DNA of 64,000 nucleotides from Eledone cirrhosa (taxonomy: Eukaryota): the NCBI GenBank assembly GCA_964016885.1, contig OZ024741.1, positions 301,196,001-301,260,000 on the forward strand. Direction: 5' to 3'. Below, piece by piece: positions 1-12,931 of this stretch. The stretch's first letter is position 1; each line of letters begins with the position of its first letter. The position numbers were made by a program, and so were the translations under genes. A model generated the notes under the pieces. That model did no database searches. It was not told where the DNA came from and saw only the letters and a program-made list of their open reading frames with translations.

Positions 1-1582
1 AGTTGAGAATCTACGATGAACAGAGATTATCTTTGCATTTAAAAGACAGACATTCCCCCGTAAAATCTTAAAGTAAAATGAATAGACTGAAAAGAACTCG
101 GATAATATCGACAAGAATGCTTTAGCATCACTGTAGCTCACTGACAGTTGTCAACAAATGAGTAAAAGTGTGAAACAATATATTGCAATTACCCAGCTAT
201 TTTAGGATAGACCCTTAACAGATAGCCATGCACAATAATCGTAGTGATATTTTGCTGTTTTGCTGGATGTTATATTAATACTGTAAACGGAAGTCGCCTC
301 CCAATTTTTGTATGTATGTCCTTTAAAAACATACAATTCTTTATGCGTCGGGAAAGCCTTGCGGTTAAAACGTCTGCGTCCCAAACATATGGTAACGACT
401 TTGATCACATAACACAGTAATGTGTTAAAGAGTCATTCTACTATAGCTTCTGGTTAAACGTTTTGTGAATGTAATGTGATATATTCAAATAAATGCCGGG
501 ATCGATGCGATCGAGTGTGTTATTGAAGAAAGTAATCTGACATTACTGTAGTCTAATAATTAAAACCAGTAAAAGAAAACCAGCATAAATCAGTCGAAAA
601 TACTAATGGGGGTAAATTGCGAAGTTAATTACTCAATTAATTGGCTGCTGATACAAAGACGTTTCCTGTTTCGATATAAACCTTACTGAAGCGGACATTT
701 TGTGTCTAATATGTTTCGTTCTAATGAATGCAAAATGGAAGATAACTTATTTGATTTCAGATAGAAATATTTGTGAATATCTATTACTTACATTTGTAGG
801 ATTTTGAAGCTGCAAAATACTGTGTTGTTTCTGTATATTAAATATTCGCTCTCCCATACTGACATATGTCCCCAAATTCATACACACAAATGTATAGACA
901 CAAACAAACACGTTCAAAAACTGATAAATATAAATACATATTGTATACATTAAATTATATGTACGTTGAAATATATGGTGATAAAATACTAGATTACTCT
1001 GACCACTCAAGGTAGAAAGCTAAGAACAATTGAATATCTCCATTATTTTAAATACATTTTTCATAATGTAACATTACTGTTTGTATTGAAATGTAACCTT
1101 AGTTTGCCCTGTTAGAATTTTCAGATTCAGTAACGTGTTGAGATCTCACTTGAAGTAACAGCGGTTCGCCTAGCATCAGCAAGGTCATGCTGTATTCGTG
1201 ACCAAATCCCTCAATTTCAGAAGCAACAAATAATTAACTTATATATCAAGCTTAGTGTATACTCCATGTCAATTTCTTACAATTAATGGGAATATCGATA
1301 TGTAGTACTTAAGAGGTTGTATCTGAAAAGAGGACCAGGTTGTACTTTCTCCTCAAACCTTGGTTGGGATTTGAAAATTACACGAAGCTTCATGTGCATC
1401 TTCTTGCATTTTCTCTCACAAAGCAATTTATTGTAGCAGGATGCTTCTAAAACTGTTTGTCTTACTGCTTCTTTTTTCACTAAAGGTAATTCTAACTAAA
1501 CTAACCCATAATATCCTTAATCCTGGTTATTTAGGTATTCAGGATTTTGATAATTGTTTCTACATTTGATACAAATCCAGTA

Positions 1583-1760
1583 ATTGGAAGGGATGGGGTA
1601 ATTCGATTAAATCGAAACCAATGCTTTACTGGTACAATATTTTATCGACCTTGTAAGGATGAAAGACAACGCTAACTTGGCTACCTGGGGTGATTTGAAC
1701 TCAGAACGTAAAGGTTCGTAACTTTATGCTATAAACCATACTGTCGGCTACCTTCAGGGT
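1583..1760 (-). mobile_element. Degenerate tRNA-derived Meta-domain SINE
   Basis: Contains ttttatcgaccttgtaaggatgaaagacaa...gatttgaactcagaacgtaaagg, a diverged match to the SINE core repeated throughout the window. Confidence 0.75.
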
Positions 1761-1884
1761 CATTTCGGATGCGTTGCTGAGCTCAATCTAGCAGCTCTCC
1801 GTCAGGTATAATTTCACTGTGAATCTCTATTTACTCCGTCCAGCCATGTATGTTGACACTATGCACTCTCCCTTCTATTACTTG

Positions 1885-2270
1885 CTTCTTCTTCTTTCTT
1901 CTTCTTTTCGTATCTTCGAAGCATATGGTTATATGACAGTTTCCCATTTCTTTACACAGTCCTTTGCATTATTATTAAATTCTGCGAGATCTTTTAAGCT
2001 GCACTGGTTGAGTAGTAGAGGGCAAACAAGGCAGTGCTGCATCGTATGGCCTTCTTCTCCGCATTCGCAGATGGTTGGGCCGGTCTTGTAGCCCGATCTA
2101 GCCATAACAGCTTTTGATCGCCCCATTCCTGTTCTCAGGCGATTGAGTGTCTTCTACTGGACCCATGGTGCTTCTGAGCCAAGAGGGAGGGCTTCAGAAG
2201 GGGGGATTCCCATGTCAATAGGAGGGGAGTCATTCTCTAGGTTTCTAGTCCATAGCTGTAGTCTGGTTTC
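1885..2270 (-). mobile_element. 3' end of a Vingi/Ingi-like LINE with (GAA)n-type tail
   Basis: Minus-strand translation LNRLRTGMGRSKAVMARSGYKTGPTICECGEEGHTMQHCLVCPLL (C-terminal CCHC zinc knuckle), then a stop and a (GAA)n-like tail at 1885-1908. Clade assigned by motif resemblance. Confidence 0.65.
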
Positions 2271-2814
2271 TTAACACTGTTATTGATAACAACTTGTAAT
2301 ATTTCTTCATCATATTCCATGATGTTATTACATACTTCTGACTATAGGTTCTTCCAAATTCTTCTCATGCAGTTCTCGCTTATTTTCTTACAAGATCGTT
2401 TAAAGTTTATGGTCTTCATGATATACTAGGTATAAAGTTCCTTATAGTTTGGTTATCTTGCCGATTTATTTATGAATAACTGTGAATGTTCCTATTATTT
2501 TGTACTTAACACCACCCAGTTTAACACCACCACCAGCTCTTTGGTCTCCTTTAACAGAGAGAAATCTGGCTTAGGCATTCATGCCATTCCTTCAATCTGG
2601 AGTAAGTTGCAACATTATAAGCATCAAAATAGATTTGAAGATATATCACGGCAGCTGATAAATTATATAAAGATGTTATTTCATTGCTTCAGTCTCAGTG
2701 AAGTAAGGTGACATTCTTTAACGCGATATATTCAATCATTGTCTCCTTCCAAATAATATAAATAGATTAATCGTTAATTCAGTGCATAATATATATATAT
2801 ATATATATAACGAA

Positions 2815-2940
2815 GGAAATGTGGTAAGGAACCAGATGGACCATAACGCACCAAAGTACTCAATACTTAGGGTAGTAGAGTGGGTAATAGGAACAAGTAT
2901 GACCCCGACGGCAAAGCTCAAGCCGTTTCGACGGCTTATT
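2815..2940 (-). mobile_element. PLE pseudo-LTR fragment with the 3' half of a hammerhead
   Basis: Minus strand reads GAAACGGC-ttgagcttt-GCCGTC-gggg (HHR stem III plus GUC), then ccactctactaccctaagtattgagtactttggtg, ending at (TA)n. Related plus-strand copies at ~18720-18850 and ~20040-20145. Confidence 0.5.
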
Positions 2941-2954
2941 CTGGACTCAGTCCA

Positions 2955-3060
2955 GAATGGAGTGGTTTATACTTGAGTCCTTGAGGGACTAAACGTTCAT
3001 CCACGAAACTCGCGAGCCACGTATGGTCCCTCAAGGACTCAAGTATAGACCACTCCATTC
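2955..3060. repeat. Near-perfect hairpin, ~36-bp arms
   Basis: gaatggagtggtttatacttgagtccttgagggacta (2955-2991) pairs with tggtccctcaaggactcaagtatagaccactccattc (3024-3060). Confidence 0.9.
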
Positions 3061-3410
3061 AATGGAAAGCGATCACTAAGTCCAAGCCATACGCAAGGGG
3101 AAATCCGTCGTGGGCTATGTATTGATGAACGAATAAATATTCTAAAGAGATTATGCAATACCGATTGCCTAAACCAAGAATTGAATTCTTCACACGTTGT
3201 CCACACGTCTGGAAACACCTCTTACATAACTACAAAGCTCCGGATTGAATTACAACAACATCCTAACTTTCTTATCAACTAGAAACTTTCGAACTTTCGC
3301 AGTTATCTCCCTTACACCTCTCGTACGCAATTTAGTATTGCCTGTGTGAAGTGACCGTTTCTGCGCATGCGCGTTCGTATGGTTGTCCCTCCCGTTCCGT
3401 ATAACCATGT

Positions 3411-3460
3411 CCATTACGAGCTGAGGATCCGCTTAGGTAAAACAATTGTTCTCGGTATGG
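3411..3460 (+). ncRNA. Minimal type I hammerhead ribozyme (core GAAA mutated to AAAA)
   Basis: ccat-ta-cgag CTGAGGA tccgcttaggt AAAAC AATT GTT ctcg-gt-atgg: stem I cgag/ctcg plus ccat/atgg, palindromic stem III loop. Confidence 0.65.
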
Positions 3461-3598
3461 TGAACTAACTGTTGTGTAACCACTTCTACCTAACTCTATA
3501 TGTATAGGGGTAGAACACTGGAAGGTAATATCCGTAGTGGTAGAGCACTCAGTCCATGGGATGGGTTAGGTAGAAGTGGTTACACAACAGTTAGTTCA

Positions 3599-3648
3599 CC
3601 ATACCGAGAACAATTGTTTCACCTTACCTGATCCTCAGCTCGTAATGG
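3599..3648 (-). ncRNA. Minimal type I hammerhead ribozyme (inverted copy)
   Basis: Reverse complement: ccattacgag CTGAGGA tcaggtaaggt GAAAC AATT GTT ctcggtatgg. Core intact, stem II weak. Confidence 0.7.
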
Positions 3649-3728
3649 ACATGGTTATACGGAACGGGAAGGACAAGCGTACGGACGCGCATGCGCAGAA
3701 ACGGTCACTTATATATATATATATATAT

Positions 3729-3769
<41 letters not shown>

Positions 3770-4214
3770 TACAGACAGACAGACAGACAGACAGACCAAC
3801 AGAAAGAGAGATTATTTATCTAGCTCCCCCCATGCCAGAAAGATAAAATAGAGTAATTAGAAGATAATTGAAAAAAAGAGGAGACTGGGGACCAAATCAA
3901 TAATTGAGATGATCAGAAAATGTGTGAGGAAATAACTGTGACAATTAAATAATTATCAGTTACTAAACTGGTGCGTGTGTTTTTATTGGTAGCATGAACC
4001 TTTCAATGCATGTATATATATATTGGAAAATGTGTAAACTCCTTCGTATTTGAAAAGAGGAAAAGAATGACTTCACTTGTAGTTCTAGACAATTTAATTT
4101 TATATTATGATTTTACAATATGGTTTTGTAGATCTAGTAAGTTCTTTGTTAACTTCGGTGGGGAGTTTTTTTAAAGATTCCTGGTTAACTTTCCCGAAGA
4201 ACTTTCTCGCATTC

Positions 4215-4510
4215 GTTGGTAGCGATTGTCAAACTGATCAGTTTGACAGCCCGCACAGTAAAGTATTCGCGTAGGTGTCACGACAAAAGGGACCCAGTCC
4301 ACACTATAAAGTGGTCGTACAGGTGTCATGACACAAATCACCCAGTCCACGCCGTAAAGTGTTCATGTAGGCGACACAGCAAAAAGCGCCCAGCACAACC
4401 TGCAAATGTCTTTGGTGTTAGGAAGGGCATCCAGCCGTAGAAACCAAACCAAATCAGTTCTGTTTAAGATAGAGTGGAAGATAGACGTTAAACGATGATG
4501 ATGATGATGG

Positions 4511-4541
<31 letters not shown>

Positions 4542-4542
4542 A
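4215..4542 (+). mobile_element. SINE/RTE-related retroposon 3' part with (GAT)n tail
   Basis: ggtgttaggaagggcatccagccgtagaaacc...gacgttaaacgatgatgat(GAT)n, preceded by ~64-bp internal imperfect repeats (4250-4400). Confidence 0.65.
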
Positions 4543-5575
4543 TAACAGTTTGTGAGATGGTCTCAGTTCATCGGGTAATTGTGGATGATGTTCTCCTGTA
4601 AATATATATATTTGTTGTATTTACTTCAATCTTCAATCATAGTTTTCAGTTTGTTTCTAGTGGACATATCAATACTCAGTCGTTGGACATTCAGTTAATA
4701 TCTATAACATCCTGAAATATTTTTATTGATGATGTTATGCAATATATTCCTAATATTTCCAGATTGTAGCTTATATGACAGAAACCTCTATTTACACATC
4801 TTGTTTATTAGATTAATAGCATAATATTTACTCGAATATCACATTAGACTGTATATGTATTTCAGACGAAAGCATCTGTTATCAAATTCGTTTTTTCGGC
4901 TCGAGGTTTATAGTTTCTGGAAGTTATAATGAACGGAAAGGACAAAACAGAAACACATTTACAGAAGATGAAAATGAAAATGAGTTTATATTATAGAAAG
5001 CTGGAAGCTAATAACTAAAGCTTGTGTCATGATTTTGCAATTTAGTTATGATCAGGATAGCTTTCTGTTAACAATTTCTATCCCGATATATTAAATAGTA
5101 CATTATGCCGGCATTTTCTATAGGATTTCTTTTGTAGAAATACCAGCGTTTTAAATCCTAATTTCTATTCAGCATCTCACTTTTATATAATCAACCCAAG
5201 AGTATAAATCATCAAAATATATATGAAGACCTAAGATTTGGCAAACTCTCAAGTGAAATAACAGTATAATTGATGCTATGTGTTTCTATACATTACCTAT
5301 AATCACGAAATGGTTAGTAATATCATATTTCAAAATATATGACGCTAATAACCTACAGTTTACTTTACTACAGCAAAGTTTGCTTTACATTTTTATGAAT
5401 ATCCCGTTTAAATAATTCAAGTAAAAAAAAAACAACAAAACAGAATCGTTGCTAAATGTTCTATCTATTTTACAATGTTTGGTTATATACTGACATAAGT
5501 ATTGGAAGTAATTAATACAAAATTGATGCCTGCATTTCTATGCAAGGTTTCGATAAATTCGCTTTTTTATAATGT

Positions 5576-5630
5576 ATATATGTGCAGCATTCTTAAATAT
5601 GTGCAGCATTCTTAAATATGTGCAGCATTC
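5576..5630. repeat. 19-bp tandem repeat x3
   Basis: atatgtgcagcattcttaa repeated about three times. Confidence 0.9.
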
Positions 5631-5695
5631 CCGAATAAATGATGGTAAAGAAAAAGGATATTAAACTCATACCGGATACCTGATCTTCATACCGA

Positions 5696-5900
5696 TTTCT
5701 CGTATAGGCAAAAGGCCAGTAATTTGTGGGGAGGGGAAAGACGATTAAATCGACCCCAGTACGTTACTGGTACTTTATTTTATCGACCCCGTAAGGATGA
5801 AAGGCAAAGTTAGCCTCGGCGGGATTTAAACTCAGACCGTAACTCTATGCTGCAAAGCATGGTGTCCGACTCTCTACCGATACTGCCAATCCACCACTCT
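5696..5900 (-). mobile_element. tRNA-derived Meta-domain SINE
   Basis: Sense strand has an A-box-like gtggattggcagtatcggtagag, a B-box-like gagtttaaatcc, the core gcctttcatccttacggggtcgataaaataaagtaccag and a 3' tail ccttttgcctatacgagaaat. Confidence 0.85.
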
Positions 5901-6029
5901 ACATGGTCTTAATATTAGCAACAAAACTGACTCCGTTAAAATAACCGCAAATTAACGAGGTGATGGTGGTAAACCGAAAGATGGTTTGAGTATATCAACC
6001 AATGAGAGATACTGTACATCTGGTGGTCG

Positions 6030-6175
6030 TTAACATAGTTTTCGCCAATTAAATTTCACTTACAGATGTTTGGTCGACGCGAGATCATTATCGCAGATAC
6101 TTGTTGATGGGGATGTGCAGTGAAATCGAAACAAAAACTTGCGTATTTGCGAAGCGAAAATCCTAACCATGTATG
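6030..6175 (-). mobile_element. Second degenerate SINE family (related copy ~53620-53800)
   Basis: aatttcacttacagatgtttggtcgac...gtgaaatcgaaac...gcgaagcgaaaatcctaacc resembles aatttcacttacaaggcataggatgacc...gggattgaac...cgaagcaaacctctc at 53680-53790. Confidence 0.45.
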
Positions 6176-6612
6176 ACTGCTTGCAATCATATACACGTGA
6201 AATGATTAGAACTATTTGTTTGTTACATCAATGTAATTCAAAAGAAACATAATTTCCCGTGATATGCGAAAAATATTGATAAAAAATCCAACTACAACTT
6301 TATGTGACATAGAAATTTACACACGTAGACACATATGATTTATCTTGCGTACAATAATTACTATAAATATTTCCTGCAATTTGGGCCTTAGAAACAATTT
6401 TCTGCTATTAAATATTTCTTGGTCTTTGAAAATATTAGAACTGTCTCAATTAAAAGATGATTCTTCCAATGCAAAAGCGCAATATTAATGTAAACAACAA
6501 CAATAATAACTACGATACCAATAAAAACAACACGATCAAACGGTAACTAAAATAATGAACATTTACTAATGTTACTTCTACGACTACTGATTCGACTATT
6601 ACTACTAATAAT

Positions 6613-7218
6613 AATTGTTTCTACTTTCGGCACAAGGCCAGCAATTACCCAGTACATTACTGGTACTTTATTTTATCGACCCCGTAAGGATGTAAGGCAA
6701 AGTTAACCTTGGCGGGATTTGAACTCAGACCGTAAAGGGACGTAACTATGCTAGAAAGCATGGCGTCCAACCCCCTAGCGATACTGCCAATTCACCGCCT
6801 TATATACTACTAATAATAATAATGGTTTCTTGTATAGGCACAAGGCCAGCAATTTGTCAGGAGGGGAAAGTCGATTAAATCGACCCCAGTATATGACTGG
6901 TACATTATTTTATCGAACCATAAGGATGAAAGGCAAAGTTAACCTCGGCGGGATTTGAACTCAGAACGTAGAAGGCCGTAACTCTATGTTGCAAAGCATG
7001 GTGTCTGACGATCTACCGACACTGTCAATCTAATAATAATTGTTTCTACTTTTGGCACAAGGCCAGCAATTACCCAGTACATTACTGGTACTTTATTTTA
7101 TCGACCCCGTAGGATGAAAGGCAAAGTTAACCTCGACGGGATTTGAACTCAGAATGGCAAGGGCCGTAACTCTATGCGTCAAAGCATGGCGTCCGACCCT
7201 CTACCGATACTGTCAAAC
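6613..7218 (-). mobile_element. Three tandem Meta-domain SINEs (6613-6800, 6822-7030, 7039-7218) separated by (TAA)n
   Basis: Three consecutive copies of tttct...ggcacaaggccagcaatt...tttatcga...aggatg(a/t)aaggcaaagttaacct...gatttgaactcaga...gatactg. Confidence 0.9.
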
Positions 7219-7224
7219 TAATAA

Positions 7225-8830
7225 TGATGATTACATTATTGGCCACGAGGGTCGACATATAGGGGACAATACAAAAAAACAGGGACAGTGGGACTTTTAC
7301 ACAAAAATCGAGTAAACATTATAAGAAACAATAAGAAAAATACAACAATGAAAATTCTCCAATAGGGAATAACAATTCAGGGAGGATTCAGATACCCCAA
7401 CAATCGTGAACCACCCGACGCCCAGAGCGCGCCCCACTCTTCCTCAAATTAACCAGTCTACGGGCGCATGCTCAGACTAGGCCGACTCACACGGGACATT
7501 CTTGCCACATTCATCCACCTTTTAGCAAGTATACTGGGGGGGGGGCATGATTTACTTCTTCACCCTCATCAAGTGAAACTTGAAAAAGTTGATGAGGGAT
7601 TGGCCGTAGTGAAAAGTGTCTGTCTTCAGTCCTTTCAGCCTGGTCCACCACACAACCTTTTTCGCTGGCGCCACGAGACAGAAAAACTGACTGCCCTTCC
7701 CGGCCAAAAGAAGGTGACAGGGCGATCTACACGATGGACTCGTCGCAAGCCGGATCCCTCCTACACGCGACAACAGCTGTTCGACATAACTCCACAAGTC
7801 AGTAATGCACGGACACTGGATGTGTTCATGCAGAAGGGTTCCATCGTTCTGTGAGCATCTTGGGCAAGTCAGTCTGATAGCACTCCCGTGCCTGTAGAGT
7901 TTATCTCGAACCAGCAGTGCTCACCGGTAGTACTGCCATGCGAGGGGTTTCTGGAAATTATCCATAGTCCCTGGCTCGAAACTTCTTCGATAAAGACTGG
8001 TCAGTTCCACTTCATCAACGCCCGCCCAAAGCCTCTCAAAGTGCATTGTTTCACTTCCCCAACACTAATCCTCTATAAAACTCGAGAGTGGAAGCTCCAC
8101 TGACCGCATTGCTCCCCTGGTAGAGGACAGTGAGCGCCTGGCAACATTCCAGATGCCAGGTGCCCAGTCTCGGTCTTCTTTTGACCCAGGACTGCAGCTT
8201 AGTCAAAGAGACGACTTGCAGAAAGGCCTGTCTCACAAACAGCGACCATTTAGGTAGAATATCTGAAGATGCCGCAGCTTCAGACCATGTTTGCGCATCC
8301 TTAGCCACGTCATGCCCAGCCCTCCACGTAGAGGGTGCTGGCAGCAGATGGACCGCCTCGCCAAATGGAACCTGTCCCCTCCACAAGAATTTGAAGAGGA
8401 GTCGTTCCCGTGCGAACGGGGGCTAGGGAAGGCGGACTGGTGGTAGTTGATGACGGACGTGATGTACGCATTCGCCACCCCCACCCGATGATTCACGGAC
8501 AGCTTCCTCTCGGCCCATTTCTTACCCATTCTGTTCATAACCTCGTCCCAATTCTTATCCACCTGGAGGTCTGGTCCAAACTAATCCCCGAGAAACGTTA
8601 CTGGTCTGTCTCTCCGGCGGCCGATGATGCTGTTAGACGGCATATTCATACATCTCCCAGATGCCGAGCTGCAAGCACACATTTCCGGGTTTAGTTTTGC
8701 TCCCATCAACCTTTCATATTCCTCCAAGAAGGTGCCGACCACATCGATTTCCTAGGTGTTCGACACCATTACGTTGATGTCGTCCGCATATGCCGAAACA
8801 GCCTTTTCGCATCCAGGTCGAGCGGCATAT
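7225..8830 (-). mobile_element. 5'-truncated, degenerate Tx1/L1-clade LINE
   Basis: Minus-strand frames give RT motif AVSAYADDINVMVSN, then WDEVMNRMGKKWAERKLS...VANAYITSVINY and ICCQHPLRGGLGMTWL, followed by a T-rich 3' UTR with aataa near 7236. Confidence 0.8.
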
Positions 8831-8924
8831 CCTACAACAGTTACAGCTCCTGCAGTAAAGGCTCGAGAGTCAATACGTACAGAAGGAAGGCGAGAAAGCA
8901 CCCCTGATGTTTATCAGACGTTTA

Positions 8925-9112
8925 TCAGACAGAACATTTATAAAGTTCAAATATTTGAGCCCAAGGCCGAAATATTATGGAGAGTCCCTTCTTGAGAGCA
9001 AAAACTATAGTCTTATGCCCCTTTTGAACAAAAAATATGAACAATAAAAGGATTTAAACACATTGAAATAATAAACTCACACGAGCTCACAATAATACGT
9101 CTTTTCCCTTCA
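8925..9112 (-). repeat. Unclassified dispersed repeat terminus, related to 30449-30660
   Basis: Minus strand agggaaaagacg...gctcgtgtgagttt...tttaaatcctttt...ggctcaaatatttgaactttata aligns collinearly with agggaagaagacg...gctcccgtaagttt...tttaaatcattt...ggctcaaatattc...aactttgta. Confidence 0.5.
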
Positions 9113-9124
9113 AACACCAATAAT

Positions 9125-9549
9125 AATTGTTTCTACTTTTGGCACAAGGCCAGCAATTATCCCAGTGTATTACTAGTACTTTATTTGATCGACCCCATAT
9201 GGAAAGGCAAAGTTGACCTCGGCGGGATTTGAACTCAGACCATAAATGGCCGTAACTCTTTGCTGCAAAGCATGGCGTCCAACCCTCTACCGATACTGCC
9301 AATCAACCGTCCTCAAACACCAATAATAATATTAATTGTTTCTACTTTAGGCACAAGGCCTGCAATTTGAAGGGGAGGGGAAAATCGATTAAATCGACTC
9401 CAGTGCATTACTGGTGCTTTATCTTGTCGATCCCATAAGGATGAAAGGCAAAGCTAACCTCAGCGGGATGTGAATTCAGAACGTAAAGGGCCATAACTCT
9501 ATGTTACAAAGCATGGTTTCCGACTCTCTACCGATACTGCCAATCCAAA
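9125..9549 (-). mobile_element. Two tandem Meta-domain SINEs (9125-9312, 9334-9549)
   Basis: Same SINE core and tail as above, followed by (GAA)n/(GAAA)n microsatellite. Confidence 0.9.
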
Positions 9550-9617
9550 GAAGAAGAAGAAGAAGAAGAAGAAGAAGAAGAAGAAGAAGAAGAAAGAAAG
9601 AAAGATAGAAAGAACGA

Positions 9618-9677
<60 letters not shown>

Positions 9678-9715
9678 ATAAAGAAAGAAAAAAGAAAGAG
9701 GAAGAAAGAAAGAAA
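9549..9715. repeat. (GAA)n/(GAAA)n microsatellite
   Basis: Direct reading. Confidence 0.95.
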
Positions 9716-10195
9716 AGGATTATTATTCTTTAAAACGACGCATACGACAACGACGTCCATTAAGATGATGATGATGACAATGACGAAAATATGGAGGATA
9801 TTAACGGTTATGAAAAAATGTAAACGCATAGAAGTGGTAGAAAGAGGAAATGTTTTAAATTATTTCAAAAGAAATCGACTTCAAACGTGAAATAAATTTA
9901 TTCCTAAAGTGTCTATATCCTTAGCCGGCATGTTTACGCATTTGCATACACAAAGACAAACAGAAAATCGTACGCACACACATGAATATGTTGAAACACT
10001 GATATGTATGTATATATGTATATATGTGTGTGTGTGTGTACGCATGTATGTGTGTATGTACGTACGTATGTATGTATGTGTATATGCATGTAAGTTTGCA
10101 GATATTTATTCCTATATATATATATGTGTGTGTGTGTGTATGTATGTATGTATATATATATGTTTATATACACACACACACATACACACACACAC

Positions 10196-10274
<79 letters not shown>

Positions 10275-11541
10275 GAGAGTGAGAGGGGATAAAAAGAAAA
10301 GGGAGAGAGAGGGGAGATACGGGGGCAGGAAAAGAAAAACTGTTAACGTTAGGGCGCTCGAAATGGACGGTTAGATATTTAATAAGTGAATGCGTAACTT
10401 TTTATAGTTGTACCGCAAAAATATTATATAATATGAAAATTGTAGCTGCAAAATATAGAATGCCAAAACAATAAAAACATGTATTTTGATATGAAGGCGG
10501 TTTCGGTGGAACACATCACACTTCGAACATGACAGATTTAACGAATATTTTTCATATCACGTCTCACCGATCTTTTGATTCCCTTCAGAGTTGACTTCAA
10601 ATTCATGCTTCGAATTCATACTAAATTCATGACAACGTCATGATGTTTGACGAAATCATTTGACATATTAGAATGTCTGTTACTATCGCCAGTCCGCGTT
10701 GTACAGCCGAAACACGACCCAAACCTAGGCAGAGAGTCTGTCACCCTCACCCCTCCTCCCTCGCTTTCTCCTGCTGTCTAATAATCCTTGCCCTTTCGTC
10801 TCCTTTTCTTCAGACTTATGAGATTTATAGTCCTTTCCTCTACTTTACTATACACTCAGATCTGCTCTCCTTTAGCCTTTACTCGTTTTTCATTAGTTAA
10901 TTTTGTTAATATTGTTTTAATATGTTCTATATTGTATAACTTGTTTTTTAAATATAGTTGACATAATAAAACCATAACTAAACAAAAATAAACTAATTAA
11001 GATATATAAAGCATAACAACTATTTGCGAGTTTTACATGACTATCATGAATTTACATCGATGTGGGTGGTGTCATTAATATTACCATATCAAACCAATAA
11101 GTGAGACACAAAAATGCAACTAAATCTACTGAAGCGAAACAATATTGTTATCAAAACAGGAAGTACCCATTCGATAATATGTTTCGTGGTACAGATTGAT
11201 TGAGGGGACGGTGATAATATCACCACCGTATTTGTATTTGTTCTTAAGTCAGTTTAATCAATCCTGACCATATGCTAGACAACCGGAAAACTATGGTATT
11301 GTGTGGTTTACAATGGCTGCTGAGATATTGTCAGGTAACATCAAGACACTATACAAGAAATATTTTTTTATATAGCACCAGATCAATATTATTAATAAAT
11401 TTGTCTCACAATAGTTTATTTCGTAATTAATTTTGAAATGGAGAAGCTGAGGTGCCGGCGTTTCAACAATTCTTTTATCTAATACAGTAAGTTCCAAGGT
11501 CAATTTTTATAGACACTCACATTTACAAACGCAAACAAGCA

Positions 11542-11586
<45 letters not shown>

Positions 11587-12256
11587 AAAAAATCTGAGGC
11601 AATTTCGGCTTGTAAACATAAATTGCACAAAACTTTCCTGTATTACAGCCCCACGTTATACCCTAACGGATAGCACGATCTATACGTGGATATTTTACGT
11701 CTTGATGTGGGAGCTAAGTATATGTTTTGTTTATTCCTTTACTTATTTGCATAGGTAAGTATATATTACCCGTTTGTTTTGTGAAGGTCTGTATACCTTC
11801 TCGTACGTATATTTGACTGTTATAGCGTATAATTTTTACTTATTCTGGTATTTAGGGTTTGGCTATGTGTATACGGGAGTTTTGCGTCCGCGTGAGTGTG
11901 CAGGTTCGTACGTATGGTGGGTGTGTGTATATGTGTACTTCTTGTTTTAGTTGACTTACGTCTCCGAACATTCGTGTATTTATATGTAGGTATGCGTGTG
12001 CGCTTGTTATATACGTATTTATTTACTTATATACGTTTATATAATTATTTATTTATTTGTACACAAGCATACACACACACACACATATTTATATGTGCGT
12101 GGTTTTGTATACCCATGGTAAGGTTTTGCGTATGCTTGTGTATGTACGTATCTGTTTGCGTGTATGTATTTATTTGTTCCTATTACTTCTGTATTGTATT
12201 TATTTACTTTGTTCTTAACTCTGTAGCGGAGATTCATTTGGTCTCCTAGTTAGAAT

Positions 12257-12710
12257 TTTAGTCTACGATTTCTGCTATACCATTTACGTGGTTTTGTCTT
12301 TGCGTGCTATTGTTCTCCACGCTCCACATATGACTTATTATCTTCGTTTTTTCGTTCATTGCCTGAGAACGTCTCTATGCACCACCTAAGAGAACATTAG
12401 TCTACGACCTCTTTTATACCATAAACGTGGTTTTGTCTTTGCGCGTATTTGTTTTTCACCGCTCCTATTAATTGTTTCTACTTTTGGCACAAGGCCAGCA
12501 ATTACCCAGTGCATTACTGGTACTTTATTTTATCGACCCCGTAAGGATGAAAGGCAAAGTCAACCTCGGCGGGATTTGAACTCAGATCGTAAAGGGACGT
12601 AACTATGCTGGAAAGCATGGCGTCCGACCCTCTACCGATACTGCCAATCCACCGCCTATTAATGACGTATTATTCGTTTTTTCCCGTTCTTTGCCAGCGA
12701 ACGTTACCAC
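12257..12710. repeat. ~140-bp imperfect tandem repeat interrupted by a SINE
   Basis: ttagtctacga...acgtggttttgtctttgcg at 12257 and 12397; the tgac.tatta..cgtttttt block recurs at 12331 and 12663 after the SINE. Confidence 0.7.
12471..12656 (-). mobile_element. Full-length Meta-domain SINE with target-site duplication
   Basis: Complete SINE flanked by ctattaat at 12465-12472 and 12656-12663. Confidence 0.9.
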
Positions 12711-12861
12711 GAACCAAAGTATCGTCTTCCTGTCTTCCTCCGGTTGCAACGTTTTTTGAAATATCCAGTTCTGCGTTTACAGATTGACTTTGTTAGTTTC
12801 AGAAGATCCCGTTAAGGGTGAAAGCAGCGATTCTTTGCTTAAACTATAATCTGTTATTTTA

Positions 12862-12931
<70 letters not shown>

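Larger units (their letters stand above)
3060..3710 (+). mobile_element. Penelope-like element 3' end with pseudo-LTR and inverted pseudo-LTR
   Basis: Degenerate GIY-YIG C-terminus (QWKAITKSKPYARGNPS..LCIDERINILK...CPH) ending near 3248. 3348-3494 is repeated in inverted orientation at 3564-3710 and abuts (TA)n. A second family member lies at 45613-45950. Confidence 0.8.

Noticed and set aside
202-1480. Short minus-strand ORFs as host exons
   Set aside because: No recognisable domain or convincing splice context; cannot be supported without a homology search.
9476-10374. ORFs with poly-YI, poly-CV, poly-TH or poly-L runs (here and at ~14000, 16800, 19900, 40500, 45550, 59400, 62400)
   Set aside because: They are translations of (TA)n, (GT)n, (GAA)n and (TAA)n microsatellites, not proteins.
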